From assembly GCA_016190995.1 (NCBI GenBank), contig JACPPN010000226.1:1-46837 (forward strand): a stretch of 46,837 nt of DNA, in the 5' to 3' direction. This document shows positions 36,602 through 44,476 of the stretch, piece after piece; the stretch's first letter is position 1; the number at the start of each line of letters is the position of its first letter. This DNA comes from Acidobacteriota bacterium (lineage in GTDB: Bacteria; Acidobacteriota; Vicinamibacteria; Vicinamibacterales; JACPPN01). A program made the translations under genes and the position numbers. The notes beneath the pieces are model-generated. The model was not told the DNA's origin, ran no database searches, and saw only the letters and a program-made list of their open reading frames with translations.

Positions 36602-38644
36602 TCAGGATGAGGACTTCTTGAACTCGGCGACGTTCGAGACGGGAAGCTCGAAGGGCTTCTTGTCGTCGCGCAGCTTGCGCGTCTGACGGGGAGCGGTCGT
36701 GGTGGCACAATGCGGGCAGAAGTTCCAGCCAGGCTGCAGGTTACGCCCGCACTTCGGGCATCCGCCGCTCAGGCGGCGGCCGCAGTGCGGGCACACCACG
36801 AAGTCCATCGCCACGGCACCACCGCACCCGACGCACAATGTCCGCATCTCGCGGACCTCGGTGACGACCCGCAGGAGCTCTTCGGGAGTCGTGATCCCGC
36901 TTTTCACCTTCGCGACGCCGTCCTCACCCAGGCTGATCATCCCCGACGCCAGCGCGACGTCGCGGATGGCATCCTCGCCCGCGCGCTGCGCAATCATGCG
37001 GCGCATCTTGTCGGTGACGCGCATGACTTCGTAGATGCCGACGCGACCTCGATACCCCGTGTGATTGCACTGATCGCATCCGACCGCCCGGTAGAAGGCG
37101 AGGCTCGCGGCGTCTTCCTCGGTGATGTTGAGCGCGCGCAGCGTCTCCGGCGACGGCGTGTACAGCCGGCGGCAGGCCGGACAGAGCCGGCGCACGAGGC
37201 GCTGCGCCAGGACGCCCACGAGCGCCGAGGCGATGATGTAGGGCTCCATCTCCATGTCCATCAGCCGCGTAATCGTGGACGGCGCGTCATCGGTGTGCAG
37301 CGTCGAGAGGACGAGGTGGCCCGTCTGCGCCGCCTGCATCGCGATCTTCGCGGTCTCGTGGTCGCGAATCTCGCCCACGAGGATGACATCCGGGTCCTGG
37401 CGCAGAATCGCCCGCAGGGCGGTCGCGAACGTCAGCTTCGCCTTTTCGTTGACCTGCGTCTGATTGACGCCGGCGACCTGGTATTCGATGGGATCTTCGA
37501 TCGTGATGACGTTCGTCTTGCTCGACTTCACCGACGTGAGCGCCGATGCCAGACTCGTCGATTTCCCGCTGCCTGTCGGGCCGACCACGAGGATCATCCC
37601 GTGCTGATGGCGCAGGAAGAATTGCAGCTCCGCCTGTGAGACGGAGGACAGACCCAGTTCCTCGAGCGGCGGCGCCCCTTTCCGGTTGTCGAGCACCCGC
37701 AGCACGATCTTTTCGCCGTACATCGTGCGCAGCGTCGAGACACGGAAGTCGACGTCCTTGCCATCATCGGTCTTCACGCGCAAGCGGCCGTCCTGCGGCA
37801 GCCGTTTCTCGGCGATGTCCATGCTCGCCATGATCTTCATGCGAGCGACCAGCCCCTCGTGGACCCACTTGGGGAGCTCCATGACTTCCTTCAGCAAGCC
37901 GTCGAGGCGGTGACGAACGAGGACGCCCCTTTCCATCGGCTCGATGTGGACGTCGCTGGCACGGCTCGTGATGGCGCTGTTCACCACCAGATCGACGAGA
38001 TCGATGATCGGCGCGGTGTCGCTCTTCTCCTTGGCGGCCGCGGCGGGCGTCGTCGAGACCTCGAAGACGTCTTCGTCGATCTCGCGATAGACGGATGAAG
38101 CGGCGCCTTCGTAGGCCGCGCTTCCGCCGGCCGTGCCCCTCGAGCGGAACGTGGAATGCGGTTGAACGGCGAGGCCGGCTGCGGCCTGCGTGGCGGTCTG
38201 ACCTGTCCGGACGAGCGCCCTGTCCGGATAGCAGTTCGCAATCGCGTCGAGGATGTCGGAACGCGTCGCGACGACCTGCTTGATCCGATAGCCGGTCTGG
38301 AACTCGAGATCCTGAACGAGGCTGAAGAGCAGCGGATCCGACATCGCAACCGTGAGCAGATTCTTCTCGAGCTTCACGGCGACGCAGACCCGTTTGAGCG
38401 CGACATCCTTGGGAATCAGGACAACGGCCGCGGGATCGGGCAGCTCCTCGCTGAGGCTCACGTAGGGGAATCCGAGCTGGTAGGCGAGCGCTTTGGTGAT
38501 CTGCTTCTCGGTCGCCAGATTCATGCGGACGAGCACGGCCCCGAGACGCTCGCCCGTTCGCTTGTGCTCAGCAAGCGCGAGCTGGAGATCGTCCTCGGTA
38601 ATGAGGCCGGCCTGGATCAGACATTCACCGATTTTCTTCCGCAC
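36602..38644 (-). CDS. GspE/PilB-family secretion ATPase with N-terminal MshEN-type domain and extra C-terminal double zinc ribbon
   Basis: 680 aa. Walker A is GPTGSGKST, with Walker B/Asp and His boxes (ILVGEIRDHETA..LVLSTLHTDDA). The family tetracysteine CPAC..CDQC is present. The N-terminus has two 24-residue MshEN-like motifs. The last roughly 78 aa add four more CxxC pairs. Confidence 0.9.
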   Translation of the reverse strand: MRKKIGECLIQAGLITEDDLQLALAEHKRTGERLGAVLVRMNLATEKQITKALAYQLGFPYVSLSEELPDPAAVVLIPKDVALKRVCVAVKLEKNLLTVAMSDPLLFSLVQDLEFQTGYRIKQVVATRSDILDAIANCYPDRALVRTGQTATQAAAGLAVQPHSTFRSRGTAGGSAAYEGAASSVYREIDEDVFEVSTTPAAAAKEKSDTAPIIDLVDLVVNSAITSRASDVHIEPMERGVLVRHRLDGLLKEVMELPKWVHEGLVARMKIMASMDIAEKRLPQDGRLRVKTDDGKDVDFRVSTLRTMYGEKIVLRVLDNRKGAPPLEELGLSSVSQAELQFFLRHQHGMILVVGPTGSGKSTSLASALTSVKSSKTNVITIEDPIEYQVAGVNQTQVNEKAKLTFATALRAILRQDPDVILVGEIRDHETAKIAMQAAQTGHLVLSTLHTDDAPSTITRLMDMEMEPYIIASALVGVLAQRLVRRLCPACRRLYTPSPETLRALNITEEDAASLAFYRAVGCDQCNHTGYRGRVGIYEVMRVTDKMRRMIAQRAGEDAIRDVALASGMISLGEDGVAKVKSGITTPEELLRVVTEVREMRTLCVGCGGAVAMDFVVCPHCGRRLSGGCPKCGRNLQPGWNFCPHCATTTAPRQTRKLRDDKKPFELPVSNVAEFKKSSS

Positions 38645-38673
38645 GCTGCATCCTCGAACGCTGTCGATTCCGT

Positions 38674-40392
38674 CTACTTGAACGCGCCAAGCGTCGTCTT
38701 CATCGCAACCCGCCGGACCCCACCCGAAGGACCGCGAAGCAGCACCGCGTCGCGGGTGATGTCAACCACGACCGCTGTTCCCACGCTGTCGCCGATTCCA
38801 ACAATCTGGTTGTCCACGACCGCCAGCCTTCGATCCTGTGAAAACAGGATCGAGCGAACGACCGGCTCACGGGCCCGAGGCATCTCCGCCCTGCGCGGTG
38901 TCTGCAGAGGCGCCGCTTCCTCACCCGGCAGTTCCTGACGCGAAATCGGCGTGTCGACAGCACGATTCCGGCGCGGCCCCCCGACCGCCGACGCCGCACG
39001 CCGCGCCTTGGATGCCGTTCCCACGGTTCCGCCCACCGATCCCCGATCCCCGATCCCCGAGGTCTGTCCGCGCCACAACGGCGCCGCCACGAGCTCGGGT
39101 CCGGGAACAGGATCTTCCGGCTGCGGCAGCTCGGCTGACGGCGCCGTCGCCGAAGTCGGCCGCGACCTGACGCGATCATCCGTCGTGTCACCGCTCGCGG
39201 AAGGGTTCGCGGGCTGAAGCAGCTCGGCGTGCTCCTGCGCGCGGGACGTGTCGGCGTTGCTCCGCTGCTCGACTCTCGTTGCCGGGCTCCGGTCGACGGA
39301 CAGGCGCGCCATCCTGGAAGCCCGCGCCGTCCCGTTGGGCCAGAACACGCCGAACGCAATGAGCAGGGATGCAGCCAGCACGCCGCTTGCCATGGCGACG
39401 ATCGTGCCGCGCCCCATCGGGACCGGGCGCCGGGCAGCCCAGAGATTCACGGCCGGTGTGACAGCCGCAATCGCCCACGCCACTTGAAGCCGCGCCACCT
39501 GCTCGCGGAACTGCGCGCGCGGCTCGGGCAGCGACGCCACATCCAGGCCCCTGGGCGAATCGAGCGTCTCGACCTCCAGATCCAGTTCCTGGATGAGCGG
39601 CATCGTCAGCGACCGCAGCTCCGGAAGGTCGCCGCACGTCATCACCTGATCAACGCGATACCCGAACGTATTTCGGACGGACTGAAACAGCTCCCCGAGC
39701 TGCGGTCCCAGCGCCGACGCAAAGCGGTATCGGCCGAGCAGCCGATCTTCAGTCGGGGCCGGCTCCGGTCCATACGTCCAGGTCAGGTCGCGGCCGGCGA
39801 GCAGGCGCGTCCCCCGCACGATCGCGACGCTCCCGCCGGTCTGATTCATCGCCAGGTACGCGGTCACGGCGTCCGGTGGGTCCGCCCGCAGGACCTTTCC
39901 GAGGCTGCCAAGCCCGAGCACCGGCGTCGCAAGGGAATCGATGACGAAGCCGGCGTCAATCAACGGCCGCAGGCGCTTGCGCATGTCGCGCTGGGCGATG
40001 GCGGCAAAGAGCGCTTCCCGGCGCGGGATTGTGCCCGGCGTGTCGTTCACGCTCGTAACCGCGAGACCGACCGACGCGCGGTGAGCCCACGCGCGAAACC
40101 CGGCATCCTCTTTCGCAGCGATATCGCGCGCATACGCCATCTCATCGGCGATGCCCGGGGGCATCGGCCACACGCGGTGGGTGCTGCGAAGACCGTGCAC
40201 GACGACACGGGCGTGCTTCGGGAATCGACCCGACGCGATAATCTCTTTCAGCGCCGTGCGGAGCGCCGCTGGCTGGCTCGACCCAGACGCAATCGTGTCG
40301 AACGCGGTTATCCGAGTTCCCGCGCCCGCAGGGTGCACGAGTACGAGGCTGCAGCGGGAGGGGGTCAGCTCGATCCCCAGGGTGCCGGGCAT
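38674..40392 (-). CDS. PilM/GspL-like actin-fold protein fused to a TM helix, low-complexity linker and GspB/PilP-like C-terminal domain
   Basis: 572 aa. The N-terminal roughly 330 aa show PilM-like patterns (LGIELTPSRCSLVLV.., ..AYLAMNQTGGSVAIVRGTRLLAGRDLTW..). One TM helix follows (GTIVAMASGVLAASLLIAFGVFW). The C-terminus reads VVRSILFSQDRRLAVVDNQIVGIGDSVGTAVVVDITRDAVLLRG. The assignment is by pattern only. Confidence 0.6.
   Translation of the reverse strand: MPGTLGIELTPSRCSLVLVHPAGAGTRITAFDTIASGSSQPAALRTALKEIIASGRFPKHARVVVHGLRSTHRVWPMPPGIADEMAYARDIAAKEDAGFRAWAHRASVGLAVTSVNDTPGTIPRREALFAAIAQRDMRKRLRPLIDAGFVIDSLATPVLGLGSLGKVLRADPPDAVTAYLAMNQTGGSVAIVRGTRLLAGRDLTWTYGPEPAPTEDRLLGRYRFASALGPQLGELFQSVRNTFGYRVDQVMTCGDLPELRSLTMPLIQELDLEVETLDSPRGLDVASLPEPRAQFREQVARLQVAWAIAAVTPAVNLWAARRPVPMGRGTIVAMASGVLAASLLIAFGVFWPNGTARASRMARLSVDRSPATRVEQRSNADTSRAQEHAELLQPANPSASGDTTDDRVRSRPTSATAPSAELPQPEDPVPGPELVAAPLWRGQTSGIGDRGSVGGTVGTASKARRAASAVGGPRRNRAVDTPISRQELPGEEAAPLQTPRRAEMPRAREPVVRSILFSQDRRLAVVDNQIVGIGDSVGTAVVVDITRDAVLLRGPSGGVRRVAMKTTLGAFK
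39036..39060. repeat. Heptanucleotide tandem repeat (CCGATCC x3.6) inside the PilM/GspL-like CDS
   Basis: Plus strand CCGATCC CCGATCC CCGATCC CCGA. On the minus strand it encodes ..SGIGDRGSVG.. in the linker. Confidence 0.85.
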
Positions 40393-40482
40393 GGCCTATA
40401 AGGATGTCGGCCTAAGCCGCTCTAAACGTTAAATTTGCGCGAAATGGCGCGGTGCCGTGTCACGCGCCTCGAGCGGGTAACC

Positions 40483-40488
40483 ATTATA
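40483..40488 (-). promoter_or_regulatory. Perfect TATAAT -10 hexamer upstream of the PilM/GspL-like gene
   Basis: The minus strand reads GCGGGCTATAATGGT about 90 nt upstream of ATG 40392. No good -35 element. Confidence 0.3.
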
Positions 40489-40590
40489 GCCCGCGCTGCC
40501 CGGCGACCGTTTCCTCGGTGGCGTGCGGGAGAAGATTTCGCCTCGTCGCTGCAGCTCTGCGCATCTTCGCCCGATGAATCCAATAGCCCT

Positions 40591-41691
40591 ATGAGTTACG
40601 GGGACCGAACCGTCGAGCTCAGGGAGCTCGTCGCCGACCGGATCGAGGGACGCCGCGGGGCGCTGACCAACGATCTGGCGGACACCCTGAGCTCCCATCA
40701 CGCCGGTGTGCGGGAACATCGATCGTGGGAGCATGTCGCCGACCTGCTGGTGGGATTGATCATCGCCAGCGTCCGCTTCAACGGCGTCGATGCTGAGACG
40801 CCGGGCGTTGCGGACTTGCTGCACAGTCTCCCTGGCGGGCTGAGCACCGGGGAGATCTTCGAGGCGGTTCACTGCTGTGAGCGGACGATCCTCGATGAGC
40901 TAGCGGTCGACGAAGTCGTGGGCGCGCTGTCCGAAGGCTGGGGTGCCGTCGCCCAGCTCGCCCGCCGCGGATCGTTCATGATCGTCGCGGCGCTGGCGGA
41001 TCGACGGGCCGATCGGTCGGCCGAAGCAGGTCTGCGCGATCAGCTCACGACGCTGCTGGCGCGGCCCGTCTTCGAGATCGCCCTCGCCCACGAGATCAAC
41101 CGCTCGCTGCGCCACGAGCATCCGCTCTCGCTGATTCTGTTCGACGTCGACGATCTGGCGGGCATCAACACCCACCACGGACCGCGCGTCGGGGATCAGG
41201 TGCTCGAACGGTCGGGCATTCTGGTCAAGCGGTTCTTCCGCAATCACGATTGGGTCGCGCGCCACAACGGCGACTCGATTGCGGTGCTGCTGCCGGAAAC
41301 GGCGGTGGAAACCGCGGCCGATCTGGCCGAACGGGTCCGGCGGATGATCGAGCAGCGCCTTGCGCTCGTCGATTACCGCACCGATCGGCGCCTCATGATC
41401 ACCATCAGCGCGGCCGTCGTCGGGACCAACAGTCCCGAGCACGAGTTCGAGGCGGCCGAGGTGCTGCGGACGGCGGAAGACGCCGTGGCGCGCGCAAAGC
41501 ACACCGGCATCGTGGAACGCGTGGAGCTCTTGGCGACCGCGGTCACCCTCCTCGGTGCTGCGGGGCTGCTCAACTGTCCGCTGCGCGTGATTCGAAGGCT
41601 CGTGCGGCACCGGCAGGTAGCTGCCGTCCGGCGCGGCCGGCACTACTACATCGATCGCGGGTCGTTGGAGAGGTACCAGGCGGGGTTGTGA
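40591..41691 (+). CDS. Degenerate GGDEF-domain protein (NGDSI, intact RxxD I-site) with helical N-terminal domain and C-terminal excisionase/MerR-type HTH
   Basis: Start preferred at ATG 40591 (MSYGDRTVELREL..); the track ORF starts at TTG 40435 with an Arg-rich extension. The GGDEF-family core is LILFDVDDLAGINTHHGPRVGDQVL..RNHDWVARHNGDSIAVLLPE. The C-terminal HTH_17-like segment is LLGAAGLLNCPLRVIRRLVRHRQVAAVRRGRHYYIDRGSLERY. Confidence 0.75.
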   Translation: MSYGDRTVELRELVADRIEGRRGALTNDLADTLSSHHAGVREHRSWEHVADLLVGLIIASVRFNGVDAETPGVADLLHSLPGGLSTGEIFEAVHCCERTILDELAVDEVVGALSEGWGAVAQLARRGSFMIVAALADRRADRSAEAGLRDQLTTLLARPVFEIALAHEINRSLRHEHPLSLILFDVDDLAGINTHHGPRVGDQVLERSGILVKRFFRNHDWVARHNGDSIAVLLPETAVETAADLAERVRRMIEQRLALVDYRTDRRLMITISAAVVGTNSPEHEFEAAEVLRTAEDAVARAKHTGIVERVELLATAVTLLGAAGLLNCPLRVIRRLVRHRQVAAVRRGRHYYIDRGSLERYQAGL

Positions 41692-41801
41692 CTCACGCCG
41701 AACGGCCCAGCGCGAAAATGACTTGTCTTTGAGGCGCGCATCGGAGACGATTCGAACGCGCAGCTCGTGGGGGCCGCGCCGAATCGGCCGAGAGGTGTTT
41801 C

Positions 41802-42149
41802 ATGTCGCGCGCCCTGGTCAACCGGCTGTTCGAGGTCGTCGATACCGCCAATTGGGAGGCGATGCCCGCGCTCTTTCACAGCGACGTCGTGTACGAGCGG
41901 CCCGGCTACGCCCCATTCGTGGGCATCGATCGACTCCTGCAGTTCTACCGCCACGAACGGGTGATCGCAGGCGGTAAGCACCATATCGACAAGATCGTCG
42001 TGGATGGCGACGCGTGCGCCTGCTGGGGCACGTTTGTGGGCGTCAGTCGGGATGGCGCTCCCTTGCAGGAGGCCTTCGCGGACGTCTACGCCATCGAGGA
42101 CGGGAAGATCAGGAAGCGAAAATCGTTCTTCTTTCGACCGGCGGTCTAG
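41802..42149 (+). CDS. SnoaL/NTF2-like fold protein
   Basis: 115 aa. ..NRLFEVVDTANWEAMPALFHSDVVYERPGY....DVYAIEDGKIRKRKSFF is a typical nuclear-transport-factor-2/ketosteroid-isomerase-like layout. Confidence 0.7.
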   Translation: MSRALVNRLFEVVDTANWEAMPALFHSDVVYERPGYAPFVGIDRLLQFYRHERVIAGGKHHIDKIVVDGDACACWGTFVGVSRDGAPLQEAFADVYAIEDGKIRKRKSFFFRPAV

Positions 42150-42182
42150 TGGACTCGTCAAGCCTCATTCGTCATTCGCCAA

Positions 42183-44156
42183 TCACCCCGCCTCCTCCTC
42201 GTATTTCTCCTTCAGCTTCGCGACGACGGCGGGATCGGCCAGCGTTGTAGTATCGCCCAGCGTCTTCCCTTCCGCGATGTCGCGCAGCAGGCGGCGCATG
42301 ATCTTGCCTGATCGCGTCTTCGGCAGATCCGCCGCGAAGAGGATCTCGTCAGGTCTCGCGATCGCCCCAATCTTGTGGACGACGTGCTCCTTCAACTCGT
42401 CGGCGAGAGCGGGGTTCGCCTGCGTCCCTTCCTTGACGGTGACGAACGCGGCAATCGCCTGCCCCTTGAGCTCGTGAGAGCGTCCCACGACTGCAGCCTC
42501 GGCGACCCGCGGATGATCCACGAGCGCGCTCTCCACCTCCATCGTGCCGATGCGATGCCCCGCGACGTTCAAGACATCGTCCACGCGTCCCAGCAGCCAG
42601 AAGTAGCCGTCCTCGTCCACCTTCGCGCCGTCTCCCGTGAAGTAGGTGGAGTCGTTCCAACGAGTCCAGTACTGCCGGACGTACCGCTCGGGGTCGCCGT
42701 AGATGCCCCGCAGCATCGCGGGCCAGGGCCGCGTGATCGCAAGGAGACCCCCGCCGACCTCCACGCGATCGCCCGCCGTGGTCAGGACCGCGGCGCTGAC
42801 GCCGGGGAACGGTCGCGTCGCCGATCCGGGCTTCAGGGTGGTCACGCCCGGCAGCGGGGTGATCATGATCATGCCGGTCTCGGTCTGCCACCACGTGTCG
42901 ACGATGGGGATTCGGCTGCCACCGATGTTCGCGTAGTACCAGATCCAGGCTTCGGGATTGATCGGCTCGCCCACTGTGCCGAGCAGCCGCAGGCTATCGA
43001 GCTTGCAGCGCTTCGGCCAGTCGGTTCCCCAGCGCATGAACGCCCGGATGGCCGTCGGGGCGGTGTAGAAGATCGTGACGCCGTAGCGTTCGACGATCCG
43101 CCAGAATCGATCTTTCTCCGGCCAGTCGGGGGCGCCTTCGTACATCACAACGGTCGCGCCGTTTGCCAGCGGCCCGTACACGACGTAGCTGTGACCGGTG
43201 ACCCACCCGATATCCGCGGTGCACCAGTACACATCCTCATCTCTCAGATCGAAGACCCACTTGGTGGTCGCATAGATTCCGACGAGATAGCCGGCGGTGG
43301 TATGCACGATGCCCTTGGGTTTTCCCGTCGTGCCGGAGGTATAGAGGATGTAGAGCATGTCTTCGGCGTCCATCCTCTCGGGCTCGCACCCCGATGGCGC
43401 GTCCTCCATGAGACGGTGATACCAGTGATCGCGCCCCTCTTGAATGTGCACCGGAATGGGCGCGCCGGCCTGCCGTTGGACCACGATGACGTGCCGAATC
43501 GAGGGCGCCTCACGAATCGCTTCGTCCGCGGTGCGCTTGAGTGGAACGATCTGACCCCGACGATATCCGCCGTCGGCCGTGATCAGGACTGCGGCTTGCG
43601 CGTCGTTGATGCGATCGCGTAACGACTCGGCGCTGAAGCCGCCGAACACGACGCTGTGCACGGCGCCGATGCGCGCCGACGCCAGCATGGCGACGGCGAG
43701 CTCGGGAATGAGCGGCAGATAGATCGCGACGCGGTCGCCTCGCGCGACGCCGAGCGATTTGAGCACGTTGGCGAACGACGTCACCTCGCGATACAGATCG
43801 AAGTAGGTCAGGGTGCGGTGATCGCCCGGCTCTCCCTCCCAGATGATCGCGGCCTTGTTCCGCCGCGCCCCGCGGACGTGGCGGTCGATGCAATTCACCG
43901 TCACGTTGATCTGGCCGCCGACGAACCACTTGGCGTGCGGCGGGGTCCAGTCGAGCACCCGCTCCCAGGGCCGGTACCATTCGAGCTCCCGCGCCCACTC
44001 GTCCCAGAACCCCTCCGGGTCCGCAGCCGCCCGCTCGTAGACTCCCGCGTCGGCAACGTGAGCCGTCGTGGAAAACCAGGGCGGCGGCGGAAAACGGCGG
44101 TCTTCTTTGAGAAGGGCGGCGAGTTCTGCTGGGAGCTGGGGCGAAGAGTCAGGCAT
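42183..44156 (-). CDS. acs: Acetyl-CoA synthetase (AMP-forming)
   Basis: 657 aa. Contains ..[17 protein letters not shown].., the AMP-binding motif [11 protein letters not shown] and ..[18 protein letters not shown]. Confidence 0.95.
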   Translation of the reverse strand: MPDSSPQLPAELAALLKEDRRFPPPPWFSTTAHVADAGVYERAAADPEGFWDEWARELEWYRPWERVLDWTPPHAKWFVGGQINVTVNCIDRHVRGARRNKAAIIWEGEPGDHRTLTYFDLYREVTSFANVLKSLGVARGDRVAIYLPLIPELAVAMLASARIGAVHSVVFGGFSAESLRDRINDAQAAVLITADGGYRRGQIVPLKRTADEAIREAPSIRHVIVVQRQAGAPIPVHIQEGRDHWYHRLMEDAPSGCEPERMDAEDMLYILYTSGTTGKPKGIVHTTAGYLVGIYATTKWVFDLRDEDVYWCTADIGWVTGHSYVVYGPLANGATVVMYEGAPDWPEKDRFWRIVERYGVTIFYTAPTAIRAFMRWGTDWPKRCKLDSLRLLGTVGEPINPEAWIWYYANIGGSRIPIVDTWWQTETGMIMITPLPGVTTLKPGSATRPFPGVSAAVLTTAGDRVEVGGGLLAITRPWPAMLRGIYGDPERYVRQYWTRWNDSTYFTGDGAKVDEDGYFWLLGRVDDVLNVAGHRIGTMEVESALVDHPRVAEAAVVGRSHELKGQAIAAFVTVKEGTQANPALADELKEHVVHKIGAIARPDEILFAADLPKTRSGKIMRRLLRDIAEGKTLGDTTTLADPAVVAKLKEKYEEEAG

Positions 44157-44226
44157 GGCGGTCTCGTCGGAACAGTTCGAACGTTGCGGATACGGGGCCC
44201 GGACAAGGTTGGTTCAAGGAGTGCCC

Positions 44227-44247
44227 GACAGTCAACAGTCGACAGGC
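44227..44247. repeat. Heptamer tandem repeat GACAGTC-AACAGTC-GACAGGC
   Basis: Read directly, about 70-90 nt upstream of the acs start codon. Confidence 0.7.
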
Positions 44248-44314
44248 CTGGTCCGGCTGAAGCCAGGGTAAAGCCGGACACTACAGGCCGGGTCCGGCTA
44301 AAGCCGGACACTAC
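44245..44314. repeat. Two tandem copies of a hairpin-forming unit (GGCCnGGTCCGGCT..AAAGCCGGACACTAC), REP-like
   Basis: Unit 1 spans 44245-44284. Its stem pairs GTCCGGCT at 44251-58 with AGCCGGAC at 44272-79, around an 11-nt insert. Unit 2 spans 44286-44314, with stems at 44292-99 and 44302-09. Confidence 0.75.
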
Positions 44315-44347
44315 GACTGTACGACATGACTACGACTGAGCGACATG
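44310..44347. repeat. 19-nt tandem direct repeat ACTACGACTGTACGACATG / ACTACGACTGAGCGACATG
   Basis: 17 of 19 positions are identical. It directly follows the hairpin units. Confidence 0.8.
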
Positions 44348-44476
44348 ACAGGTCTGGCTAGACATCTTAGGGATTGCCGCAGAGCGGCCGGCCCAGCAGC
44401 GACGGTGCGCCGCTTCGCCCCCATTCTTGGCGGTTTGAGGCGCAGCTTCGCTGCAGAGGCGCCCGCGAACGGCCGA

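Noticed and set aside
44245-44347. Possible CRISPR array or MITE in the acs upstream repeats
   Set aside because: There are only two copies of each unit, with no regular repeat-spacer periodicity, no cas genes, and no terminal inverted repeats with target-site duplication. I kept them as REP-like or operator-like repeats instead.
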